Below are positions 13,385 through 25,400 of a DNA stretch of 64,000 nt, piece after piece. The notes under the pieces were generated by a model. It was not told the origin of the DNA. It worked only from the letters and a program-made list of their open reading frames with translations, and searched no databases. The stretch lies in assembly GCA_964247055.1 (NCBI GenBank), contig OZ176057.1, positions 5,580,001 through 5,644,000 of the forward strand. The letters run 5' to 3'. The DNA comes from Paragordius varius (taxonomy: Eukaryota > Animalia > Nematomorpha). Each line of letters starts with the position of its first letter. Positions within the stretch are counted from its first letter, which is position 1. The position numbers and the translations under genes were made by a program.

Positions 13385-14890
13385 ATGACAGATACTCCTT
13401 ACTCAGCAGCTATCATCAAAGAAACGCTTGATTAAAATTTTTGCCTTTTAACAGGGAATACGAAAAATCCTTATTGAATTTTTACAGTCTCATACCTTGG
13501 GCAAAAAAATACAATCAAAAAATTATTTTTGTGGACTTTGTTTTTTTGAAAAAAATGGCATTTTACGGGGGGAGGGGGTAAAAAAGGGCCTAATTCAAAA
13601 AAGCGAGACGACTATGTTCGGCGCGATCAAAAATAAGTAAACAAAAATTATATTCGAAATTAAATGACCCAACACGTCAGAAAATTGTCTCAAAGACACG
13701 ATTTTTGTGGACTTATGTTTTCAAAAAAAATCCGTTTATCACACGGGGTGGGCCTGAACTGGGGGCCTATTTCAAAAAAAGGGCGAAGCTATTGTCGGGG
13801 CATTCATTAATGATTATATTTTTTCGAACTTTGGATTTGAATGGGTCTACCGGTTTTCCGGAAACAGATCACAAAGTTACATGAGGAATCAGTTTTTAGC
13901 GGGTAGCTCCTTACCCAGCAGCTATCATCAAAGAAACGCCTGACTAAAATTTTTGCCTTTTAACAGGTTATACGTGGAATCCATATTGAATATTTACGTC
14001 ATACCTAGGGCGAAAAATACAATCAAAAAATTATTTTTGTGGACTTTGTTTTTTTTTGAAAAAATGTCATTTTACGGGGGTAGCGGGTAAAAGAAGGCCT
14101 AAATCAAAAAAGCGAGACGACTATGTTCGGCGCAATCGAAAATAAGTAAACAAAATCATATTTGAAATTGATTGGTCCAACACGTTCTCCGGAAAATTGT
14201 CCCAACCTGTTTTCTACACGGGGTAGGCCCAAACGGGGGACCTAATTTAAAAAAAGGGCGAAGCTATTGTCGGGACATTTTTTTATGTTTATATTTTTTC
14301 GATATTTGGATTTGATTGGGTTCACCGGTTTTCCGGAAACAGATCACAAAGTTACATGAGGAATCAGTTTTTAGCGGGTAGCTTCTTACCCACCAGCTAT
14401 CATCAAAGAAACGCTTGACTAAAATTTTTGCCTTTTAACAGGGAATACGTGGAATCCATATTATATATTTACGGTCTCATACCTAGGGCGAAAAATACAA
14501 TCAAAAAATTATTTTTGTGGACTTTGTCTTTTTTGAAAAAAATGGCATTTTACCGGGGGAGCAGGTAAAAAGAGGGCCTCAAAAAAGCGAGACGATATGT
14601 TCGGCGCAATCGAAAATATGTAAACAAAAATCATATTTGAAATTAAATGGTCCAACACGTTCTCCAGAAAATTGCCTCAAACACACGATTTTGTGGACTT
14701 TTGTTTAAAAAAAAACCAATTTTTCACACGGGGTGGGCCCAAACTGGGGGCCTATTTCAAAAAAGGGCGAAGCTATTGTGGGGGCATTCATTATAATTAT
14801 ATTTTTTCGAACTTTGGATTTGAATGGGTCTACCGGTTTTCCGGTACCAGATCACAAAGCCAGCATTTTCCATTTTTATAAATATATATA
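13385..14890 (-). repeat. Three tandem ~480-bp partial copies of the Helitron 5' region
   Basis: Marker CAGATCACAAAG recurs near 13865, 14340 and 14828; no 3' hairpin or CTAG end. Confidence 0.75.
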
Positions 14891-15558
14891 TATAACATGA
14901 GTAAGTATATATTGCTAGAAAATTATTAATTATTGTTAAATAGCATATGCAGGGAATTATTATTGGCTAATAATAGTAGAAAGTAAAAAAATAAATATAA
15001 GTTAATTATAATGCCCTTTGCTGTATATGCTATTTGGCAATATAACTCTCTAGCAATGAATACTTACACATGCTGTATTTTAAATACCGTTCTCTTCCTA
15101 AATACCATAAAACAGCCCATCTGTATGCATTTAAAAAATTTAACAATATATGCATTTAATATTTTTTGATGCCAGATACCAATCCTTAATTCCTAAAGAA
15201 TCTTGGCTTTGCTAATTGAAATATTCTAGTCCAGGATGGGACCAAAATTTTATAGATTTTGGACTACGCATTCAATAACTTTTTTATATTGTTTTGTTCT
15301 CTAAATATAGTAATATATGTATAAACGATATTTTTGTGATGGATTATTCAGCTTTGACCAAAAAAAATTTATTTTAACAGAATCTGCGCAAATTGTGCGA
15401 TTTTTGGATATGGAGCAAATATGTAAATAGGTTTCTCATACCACTCATAAGATTGAAAATCAAAAACACCAATAACCAATTACATATATCTATAATATAT
15501 GTATTTTAAAGATATTTTAGTGTAAATAATTATATAAATATTTATTTCGCATATAGGT

Positions 15559-15574
15559 GGCCCTAAAAAGGGCC
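15559..15574 (-). promoter_or_regulatory. Histone 3' stem-loop of H2A
   Basis: Minus strand CCCAAA-GGCCCTTTTTAGGGCC-ACC matches the metazoan replication-dependent histone stem-loop. Confidence 0.95.
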
Positions 15575-15649
15575 TTTGGGTGGGTTTTATTAACATGTAT
15601 ATTATTTAAAATGATACATTTCACGTTTGCTCCTTAGATACGAATACAC

Positions 15650-16023
15650 TCATTGACTAGTTTCAGATTTCTTGGGCAACAGGATAGCTTGAATGTTGGG
15701 AAGGACACCACCAGCTATAGTAACGCCCGAAAGTAGCTTATTGAGTTCTTCATCGTTTCGAATAGCTAATTGGGGATGTCTTGGGATGATACGAGTCTTT
15801 TTGTTGTCACGTGCCGCATTCCCAGCCAACTCAAGGACTTCAGCAGCCAAGTATTCCATCACTGCCGCTAAGTAAACTGGGGGGCATCTCCTCCAATTCG
15901 GCTGGCATAATTTCCTTTACGCAGCAATCGATGAATACGACCAACTGGGTATTGAAGTCCGGCACGATTAAATCTGCTTTTTGCCTTTCCCTTTATCTTT
16001 CCACCTTTTCCACGGCCTGTCAT
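15650..16023 (-). pseudogene. H2A: Histone H2A pseudogene (or mis-assembled copy)
   Basis: [39 protein letters not shown]...; +2 frameshift in the G6 run at 15879-15884; in-frame loss of the Gln of IAQGG; RHLQ changed to RHPQ. Confidence 0.9.
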
Positions 16024-16101
16024 TATTGTTGAATAATGTTTAAATTACGGTACAGAAGAAAAATAAAAAACGTGAAATGAAGTAAAATGTTAATGTGAAC
16101 G

Positions 16102-16127
16102 TTTATATAGCACTTATGTTTGCGCAC
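16102..16127 (-). promoter_or_regulatory. H2A promoter: TATATAAA box plus upstream GTGCGCAAACA motif
   Basis: TATA at 16102-16109, about 80 nt upstream of the ATG; the 11-mer at 16117-16127 is identical to 18363-18373 in the H2B promoter. Confidence 0.65.
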
Positions 16128-16214
16128 AAATTGTTAGCCATTAGAAAACAGGTAAAAATGTGCGCGTTTTTTGCTATATGTAATAAAATAGGTAGTTTGT
16201 TTTAGGCGCATTAA

Positions 16215-16786
16215 CACTTGGATACAACACATTCATTTTAGTCCTTCGATTTAAATTGGGGTAATTAGATACCCCAGGCCTGTTTAAAATTAAATTCTTT
16301 AAAAGATATGGAAGCAATCGAAACCATGGCAAAATTTTGCACTTATATAACATTAATTAACCGAAATACCTAAAAAAATTTATTCAAAAATAATTGATAT
16401 TAATTATTTTAAGCTAAAACTGGAAGGTAAAAAATTTGATAACGTAACATGTGTGCGATGGTATTGAAAAATATTACAAAATAAACCGCTTTTTCTATTT
16501 CTATCAATGTTAGATGTAATTTAAATAAAAAATTATTTTACTATTAAAATTAAATGAAGACGATATTTTGGAAAAATTTTGTAAAATAAAAATGGCGTCC
16601 AAGTAATTTGACATGGAACTTTTTTTCTAAAACAAAATTTTATTTAGATATTTTTGCATATTTATATAATTTTTATTAGGATAGACGCATAAATTTAAAT
16701 TGTGACCGTTTCCTTCAGTAGATTTTTAAAAATCCTAACTTATATTTAGTCTGGGGTATTTAGATACCCCAATTTGAATCGAAGTG
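16215..16786. mobile_element. 572-bp non-autonomous DNA transposon (family C; CAC...GTG ends, TTAA flanks)
   Basis: TTAA|CACTT...AAGTG|TTAA with subterminal IR TTCGATT(T/C)AAATTGGGGTA; full-length homologue at 58521-59095; partial inverted copy near 62770-62900. Confidence 0.85.
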
Positions 16787-17212
16787 TTAATACATAAAAA
16801 TGTAAAATACTTATTTTATATATTTGTTTTATAGTTATACAGCAATAATAAATGGGTAATATAAACGCAACATCCAGGATAAAAAATTTGATTCCGAATA
16901 ATAACCGTTTTTAGGATAATTAAATTATTTTAGTTCTTCTAATTCAGTGGTACTCAAACAGGAGTCCACGGGCCTCATTCGGCTCTAAAGCCCTTTTTTA
17001 AGGCCCTGTAATATTTTTTACAATAATGGGAGATTTTTTATATATTATAACTTTTAAATACCTACTTGAAATAGAATTAAAAAAATTTAAAATCCGGCCC
17101 ATCAACCCACTTTAACTAAGCCAGTCTCAACACTGCTAACAATTTGAGTTTAATGTGGAACATGGAAAACGGTTAATCCGATCATTTGAACAAATAAACA
17201 GCTATATGGAAT

Positions 17213-17454
17213 TAAGTGGGTGACGACGATAGGTTGTTAAATAAGATTCGTGTTAACGTCGGGAATAATGGAAGAAAATAAAAATAAATTTATTATATAC
17301 TCAAATTTTCGCCCAATGGCATCATCAGGAGTTGTTAATAGAATTTTCTTTGTTGTAATTTATTTTAAATTTTTTTTTATTAACAACTCCTGATGATGCC
17401 ATTGGGCGAAAATTTGAGTATATAATAAATTTATTTTTATTTTCTTCCATTATT
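17213..17454. mobile_element. 242-bp Penelope-like-element-derived insertion containing a perfect 77-bp inverted repeat
   Basis: 14-bp TSD CAGCTATATGGAAT at 17199-17212 and 17455-17468; arms 17264-17340 and 17378-17454 are exact reverse complements; each arm has a hammerhead core. Confidence 0.7.
17386..17419 (+). ncRNA. Minimal type I hammerhead ribozyme motif (mirror copy on the minus strand at 17299-17332)
   Basis: ACTC-CTGATGA-T-GCC(ATTG)GGC-GAAA-ATT-T-GAGT: conserved core, 3-bp stem II, 4-bp stem I, palindromic AATT stem III. Confidence 0.7.
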
Positions 17455-17807
17455 CAGCTATATGGAATATTTATATTGGCACTGTATAATGAATTATATC
17501 ATATGATACTTTTTATCAGGCATAGGGAAATGGTAATCAATATTAAAGGTTTCATTAACACTTTTTGTTGAAATATATATATTAAAAGTTGTACAAATAC
17601 TTAAATATAAATTTTATACGAGTTCATCTGCTTAAAATGTAGTTGAAACTGCAAAGCGAACTGACAAAATTGAAAACAAGGCGACTCGCTTTTATGTTAA
17701 AACATCTCCTATTCAACACGTTTGAAAGATTCAAAAACGTGTTATTTAAAAAATTACATACATACTGACAATAAAAAATCCATGTAATAAAAAAAATTTA
17801 TTTGGGT

Positions 17808-17823
17808 GGCCCTAAAAAGGGCC
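17808..17823 (-). promoter_or_regulatory. Histone 3' stem-loop of H4
   Basis: Minus strand CCAAAC-GGCCCTTTTTAGGGCC-ACCCA. Confidence 0.95.
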
Positions 17824-17923
17824 GTTTGGGTTATTAATCGTACAATTAATGTTGTTACGACATTTAGAATAATTTGAGACACAAGTTGGTTGAAATAAAT
17901 TAGCTGATGTGAATAAGGAGAAT

Positions 17924-18235
<312 letters not shown>

Positions 18236-18547
18236 TTTGTTTTATAAATTTGAATGAAATTTAAAACGAAAAAAGTGTGTAAGAAAAAAGGATACAGACA
18301 CGCCTTTATATACCTAGCGAGTAAAGAGAGGGAAATAATACCAATGTTTGATTGGCTCTAAAGTGCGCAAACACAAAACAATACAATATAAAAAAGGCGC
18401 AATTACATACATGTTATTGATTGGATAATGATATTAATTCATACATATTGTTATTTATTTTTATATAAATAGGTAGAATAAATTCTTGTATCATTATCGT
18501 CTTTTTTTAAGTTTACATTTTTCTTACCACGAACAAATTCATAAAAC
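18236..18547. promoter_or_regulatory. Bidirectional H4/H2B promoter
   Basis: 312-bp spacer with a TATA box for each direction (about 18305-18312 minus; about 18386-18393 plus), central CCAAT/ATTGG and GTGCGCAAACA. Confidence 0.75.
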
Positions 18548-18913
18548 ATGCCACCAAAACCAGCAGGAAAAGCCGTCAAGAAGACACATAAACCCAAAGT
18601 CGCTAAGGGAGATCACAAGAAAAGGAAATCGAGAAAGGAATCTTATGGGATTTACATTTACAAAGTATTGAAGCAAGTTCACCCTGACACAGGTATATCC
18701 AGCAAAGCCATGTCTATCATGAATTCATTCGTGAATGATTTGTTTGAACGGATTGCAGCTGAAGCTTCTCGCCTGGCTCATTACAACAAACGATCAACCA
18801 TCTCGAGTCGGGAAATTCAAACAGCTGTTCGTCTCCTCTTACCTGGCGAGTTGGCAAAACACGCCGTTTCCGAAGGCACCAAAGCCGTTACCAAATACAC
18901 TAGCTCTAAATAA
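18548..18913 (+). CDS. H2B: Histone H2B, intact, intronless
   Basis: 121-aa ORF with canonical [25 protein letters not shown]...KYTSSK. Confidence 0.97.
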   Translation: MPPKPAGKAVKKTHKPKVAKGDHKKRKSRKESYGIYIYKVLKQVHPDTGISSKAMSIMNSFVNDLFERIAAEASRLAHYNKRSTISSREIQTAVRLLLPGELAKHAVSEGTKAVTKYTSSK

Positions 18914-18990
18914 ACCCTTTTGCCAGTATATTTACAATGTATTGACGATTATAATTGTTATGTCATTATAGACTAAAACAAACAACCAAC

Positions 18991-19006
18991 AGCCCTTTTT
19001 AGGGCT
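18991..19006 (+). promoter_or_regulatory. Histone 3' stem-loop of H2B
   Basis: CCAAC-AGCCCTTTTTAGGGCT-ACC. Confidence 0.95.
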
Positions 19007-19569
19007 ACCTATACATGTGTATTCAATAAATGTTTTGATTTTTTAATATTTGACTTATATCAATTTATATAATAGGTCTTGTGTTGTTAAGTCATATAGT
19101 ACATCATCTAATCTCTTTCTTTTCGGATTTCCAATCTCAATTTTACAAGTGTTCTTTTATTATCATAGTCTTCTGGAACTAAAATTTTTCAGAAAAATTC
19201 CTTAATATTTTAGCACGAATTACATCGTCAATTGTTCGTATTTTTTAGGTATTACCACTTATTCAATTGAAATGCATCAATATATATTGATGCGACATAC
19301 TGATAATAAAAGGGTTACGGGTAATCAACATTACAAATGAATAAATATTCTAGTTCGCATTTGAATGTTTAATAGAATTTAATTCTAGATAATAAAAATA
19401 ATTTTTATTATACTATTTTAAAATCACGCTTGAACAATTCATATTCACCCTAAAATAAATTATGTGTTTTTTATGATTAAATATTACCTATATTTTTTAT
19501 ATTATTGAAATTTCGTTTGAAATTAAAAATAATACTGAAATAATAATAAAATTAGCCATAAAGATATAT

Positions 19570-22240
19570 ACCATTTCACAGTCAATCGACACATTTTCCC
19601 AGTCAATAAAATAGGTTTGATAAAAATCAAAACAAGATACAAAAATAACTTTTACCATTATCAGCGTAATATTAGGATATTATATTTATAAAAACACAAT
19701 TATTGAATGACAATTTTCCCAAGTATATTCCAGTGCACAATCATTAATGACTTATTCTTTAAAAATGATATTTTTGGAATTTAAGATTTTTTTTAGAATT
19801 TTTTATTTTATTGATTGTTCGCATTAATATTTGCCGAATTCAAAACAGTTTTTAAACATGTCAAGTTTTTCCATAATATTGTCGGAAAAATATCTAAACA
19901 AAAAATTTTGATAAAATGTTTTTGATTAAAAAATATTTAATAAAAAGATATTTGACTAAAACAAGGTTGTCCAACTAAATGCCTTCGCGGGCCGCATTAC
20001 TCAAAAAGCACGGCATTCCGCATTCGATATATATACGGACATTCATAAATAATTTTTCGATTAGACGTAAGACTGTAAAATACAAAAATATAACAATTTT
20101 TTGTTAATTTACCAATATAATAGACTCATTCAGAATAATTGCGTAAGAAATATGAATATTACTAAGATTTTATGGGCATATTTTGCATATGGATTTCTAA
20201 AATGTTAGCGGGCCGCACAAAGATACTCGGGAGGCCACGAACCAAATGAGAAATAATATAAATTAGGTTAAAAATTATGTTTAACAATGGTTATTATTAT
20301 TAATTTTAATATTTATCCGTATCTCCTGATTTTTAGCCGCAAATAATGCGAACCATCAATAAAATAAAATTTTTTTATCTATACCATTTTCCAGTCAATA
20401 TAAACGTTTTCCCAGTCAATCGAAACATCTTCCCAATCAATCGAAACGTCCCAGTCAATCGAAACGTTTTCCCAGTCAATCGAAACATTTTCCCAGTCAT
20501 TAAAAACATTTTCCCCATCAATAAATACGTTTACCCAGTCATTAAAAACGGTTTTATTTTTGATGATAAATACACTTTTAACCATTATCAGCGTAATATT
20601 AGGATATTATTTTTTTATATAAAACACAATTATTGAATGACAATTTTCCAAATATATTCAGTGCACAATCATTAATGACTTATTTTTTAAAAATTATATT
20701 GGAATTTGAGATGTTTTTAAGATAATATTTTTTATTTTATAAATGGTTCGCATTAATATTTGCCGAATGCTTCAAAACAGTTTTTAAACATGTCAAGTTT
20801 TTCCAAATAAATCGGAAAAAATATCTAAACAAAAATTTTTTTCGATAAAAATGATTATTTAAAAATTTTTAATAAAAAGATATTTGACTAAAACAAGGTT
20901 GTCCAACTAAATGCCTTCGCGGGCCGCATTACTCAAAAAGCACGGCATTCCGCATTCGATATATATACGGACATTCATAAATAATTTTTCGATTAGACGT
21001 AAGACTGTAAAATACAAAAATATAACAATTTTTTGTTAATTTACCAATATAATAGACTCATTCAGAATAATTGCGTAAGAAATATGAATATTACTAAGAT
21101 TTTATGGGCATATTTTGCATATGGATTTCTAAAATGTTAGCGGGCCGCACAAAGATACTCGGGAGGCCACGAACCAAATGAGAAATAATATAAATTAGGT
21201 TAAAAATTATGTTTAACAATGGTTATTATTATTAATTTTAATATTTATCCGTATCTCCTGATTTTTAGCCGCAAATAATGCGAACCATCAATAAAATAAA
21301 ATTTTTTTATCTATACCATTTTCCAGTCAATATAAACGTTTTCCCAGTCAATCGAAACATCTTCCCAATCAATCGAAACGTCCCAGTCAATCGAAACGTT
21401 TTCCCAGTCAATCGAAACATTTTCCCAGTCATTAAAAACATTTTCCCCATCAATAAATACGTTTACCCAGTCATTAAAAACGGTTTTATTTTTGATGATA
21501 AATACACTTTTAACCATTATCAGCGTAATATTAGGATATTATTTTTTTATATAAAACACAATTATTGAATGACAATTTTCCAAATATATTCAGTGCACAA
21601 TCATTAATGACTTATTTTTTAAAAATTATATTGGAATTTGAGATGTTTTTAAGATAATATTTTTTATTTTATAAATGGTTCGCATTAATATTTGCCGAAT
21701 GCTTCAAAACAGTTTTTAAACATGTCAAGTTTTTCCAAATAAATCGGAAAAAATATCTAAACAAAAATTTTTTTCGATAAAAATGATTATTTAAAAATTT
21801 TTAATAAAAAGATATTTGACTAAAACAAGGTTGTCCAACTAAATGCCTTCGCGGGCCGCATTACTCAAAAAGCACGGCATTCCGCATTCGATATATATAC
21901 GGACATTCATAAATAATTTTTTGATTAGACGTAAGACTGTAAAAAAATATAACAATTTTTTTTAATTTACCAATATAATAGACTCATTCAGAATAATTGC
22001 GTAAGAAATATGAATATTACTAAGATTTTGTGGGCATATTTTGCATATGGATTTCTAAAATGTTAGCGGGCCGCACAAAGATACTCGGGAGGCCACGAAC
22101 CAAATGAGAAATAATATAAATTAGGTTAAAAATTATGTTTAACAATGGTTATTATTATTATTTTTAATATTTCATCCGTATCTATAGATTTTTAGCCGCA
22201 AATAGTGCGAACCATCAATGAAATAAAATTTTTTATCTAA
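19570..22240 (+). repeat. About three tandem ~930-bp units (left arm of X plus a hAT-like fragment)
   Basis: Identical ORF-track entries at 20346 and 21278 (offset 932); marker GTTCGCATTAATATTTGCCGAAT near 19817, 20747 and 21679. Confidence 0.9.
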
Positions 22241-22432
22241 AAACATCTGAAATCAAAAATATAACTTTTAAAGAATAGTCGTTAATGATTGTGCACTGGA
22301 ATATACTTGGAAAATCGTCATTCAATAATTGTTTATATAAAAAAATAATATCCTAATATTACGCTGATAATGGTTAAAAGTTATTTTAATATCTTGTTTT
22401 GATATTCACCATCAAAAATAAAACCGATTTTA

Positions 22433-25400
22433 TTGACTGGGAAAACGTTTCGAATGACTGGGAAAATGTTTCGATTGACTGGGAAAACGTTTCGAATGAT
22501 TGGGAAAACGTTTCGATTGACTGGGAAAACGTTTCGAATGATTGGGAAAACGTTTCGAATGACTGGAAAACGTTTCGATTGACTGGGAAAATGTTTCGAT
22601 TGACTGGGAAAACGTTTCAAATGATTGGGAAAACGTTTCGATTTGACTGGGAAAACGTTTCGATTGACTGGGAAAACGTTTCGATTGACTGGGAATACGT
22701 TTCGATTGACTGGGAAAACGTTACGATTGACTGGGAAAACGTTTCGATTGACTGGGAAAACGTTTCGATTGACTGGGAAAACGTTTCGATTGACTGGGAA
22801 AACGTTTCGATTGACTGGGAAAATGTTTCGAATGATTGGGAAAACGTTTCGATTGACTGGGAAAACGTTTCGAATGATTGGGAAAACGTTTCGATTGACT
22901 GGGAAAACGTTTCGATTGACTGGGAAAACGTTTCGATTGACTGGGAAAACGTTTCGATTGACTGAGAAAACGTTTCGATTGACTGGGAAAACGTTTCGAT
23001 TGACTGAGAAAACGTTTCGATTGACTGGGAAAATGTTTCGATTGACTGAGAAAACGTTTCAATTGACTGGGAAAATGTTACGATTGACTGGGAAAACGTT
23101 TCGATTGACTGAAACGTTTCGATTGACTGGGAAAATGTTTCGAATGATTGGGAAAACGTTTCGATTGACTGGGAAAACGTTTCGAATGATTGGGAAAACG
23201 TTTCGATTGACTGGGAAAACGTTTCGATTGACTGAGAAAACGTTTCGATTGACTGGGAAAATGTTTCGATTGACTGAGAAAACGTTTCAATTGACTGGGA
23301 AAATGTTACGATTGACTGGGAAAACGTTTCGATTGACTGAAACGTTTCGATTGACTGGGAAAATGTTTGGAATGACTGGGAAAACGTTTGACTGAGGAAA
23401 CGTTTCGATTGACTGGGAAAACGTTTCGATTGACTAGGAAAATGTTTCGATTGACTGGGAAAATGTTTCGAATGACTGGGAAAACGTTTCCTATGACTGG
23501 GAAAACGTTTCGATTGACTGGGAAAATGTTGTGAATGACTGGGAAAACGTTTCGATTGACTGGGAAAACGTTTCGATTGACTGGGAAAACGTTTCGATTG
23601 ACTGGGAAAACGTTTCGATTGACTGGGAAAATGTTTCGAATGATTGGGAAAACGTTTCGATTGACTGGGAAAACGTTTCGAATGATTGGGAAAACGTTTC
23701 GATTGACTGGGAAAACGTTTCGATTGACTGGGAAAACGTTTCGATTGACTGGGAAAACGTTTCGATTGACTGAGAAAACGTTTCGATTGACTGGGAAAAC
23801 GTTTCGATTGACTGAGAAAACGTTTCGATTGACTGGGAAAATGTTTCGATTGACTGAGAAAACGTTTCAATTGACTGGGAAAATGTTACGATTGACTGGG
23901 AAAACGTTTCGATTGACTGAAACGTTTCGATTGACTGGGAAAATGTTTCGAATGATTGGGAAAACGTTTCGATTGACTGGGAAAACGTTTCGAATGATTG
24001 GGAAAACGTTTCGATTGACTGGGAAAACGTTTCGATTGACTGGGAAAACGTTTCGATTGACTGAGAAAACGTTTCGATTGACTGGGAAAATGTTTCGATT
24101 GACTGAGAAAACGTTTCAATTGACTGGGAAAATGTTACGATTGACTGGGAAAACGTTTCGATTGACTGAAACGTTTCGATTGACTGGGAAAATGTTTGGA
24201 ATGACTGGGAAAACGTTTGACTGAGGAAACGTTTCGATTGACTGGGAAAACGTTTCGATTGACTAGGAAAATGTTTCGATTGACTGGGAAAATGTTTCGA
24301 ATGACTGGGAAAACGTTTCCTATGACTGGGAAAACGTTTCGATTGAGTGGGAAAATGTTGTGAATGACTGGGAAAACGTTTCGAATGACGTTTCGAATGA
24401 CTGGGAAAACGTTTCGAATGACTGGGAAAACGTTTCGATTGACTGGGAAAATGTTTCGATTGACTGGGAAAATGTTGTGAATGACTGGGAAAACGTTTCG
24501 AATGACGTTTCGAATGACTGGGAAAACGTTTCGAATGACTGGGAAAACGTTTCGATTGACTGGGAAAATGTTTCGATTGAATGTGAAAACGTTTCGAATG
24601 ACTGGGAAAACGCTTCCAATGACTGGAAAACGTTTCGAATGACTGGGAAAACGTTTCGATTGACTGGGAAAATGTTTCGAATGACTGGGAAAACGTTTCG
24701 ATTGACTGGGAAAATGTTTTGAATGACTGGGAAAACGTTTCGATTCACTGGGAAAACGTTTCGATTGACTGGGAAAACTCGATTGATAGGGAAAACGTTT
24801 CGATTGACTGGGAAAATGTTTCGATTGAATGTGAAAACGTTTCGAATGACTGGGAAAACGCTTCGAATGACTGGAAAACGTTTCGAATGACTGGGAAAAC
24901 GTTTCGATTGACTGGGAAAATGTTTCGAATGACTGGGAAAACGTTTCGATTGACTGGGAAAATGTTTCGATTGACTGGGAAAATGTTTCGAATGACTGGG
25001 AAAACGTTTCTTATGACTGGGAAAACGTTTCGATTGACTGGGAAAATGTTGTGAATGACTGGGAAAACGTTTCGAATGACGTTTCGAATGACTGGGAAAA
25101 TGTTTCGATTCACTGAAAAACGTTTCGATTGACTGGGAAAATGTTTGGAATGATTGGGAAAACGTTTCGATTGACTGGGAAAATGTTTCGATTGACTGGG
25201 AAAACGTTTCGAATGAGTGGGATAACATTTCGATTGACTGGGAAAACGTTTCGATTGACTGGGAAAATGTTTCGAATGACTGGGAAAATGTTTCGATTTA
25301 CTGGGAAAATGTTTCGAATGACTGGGAAAACGTTTAGATTGACTGGAAAAATGTTGTGAATGACTGGGAAAACCTTTCGATTCACTGGGAAAACGTTTCG

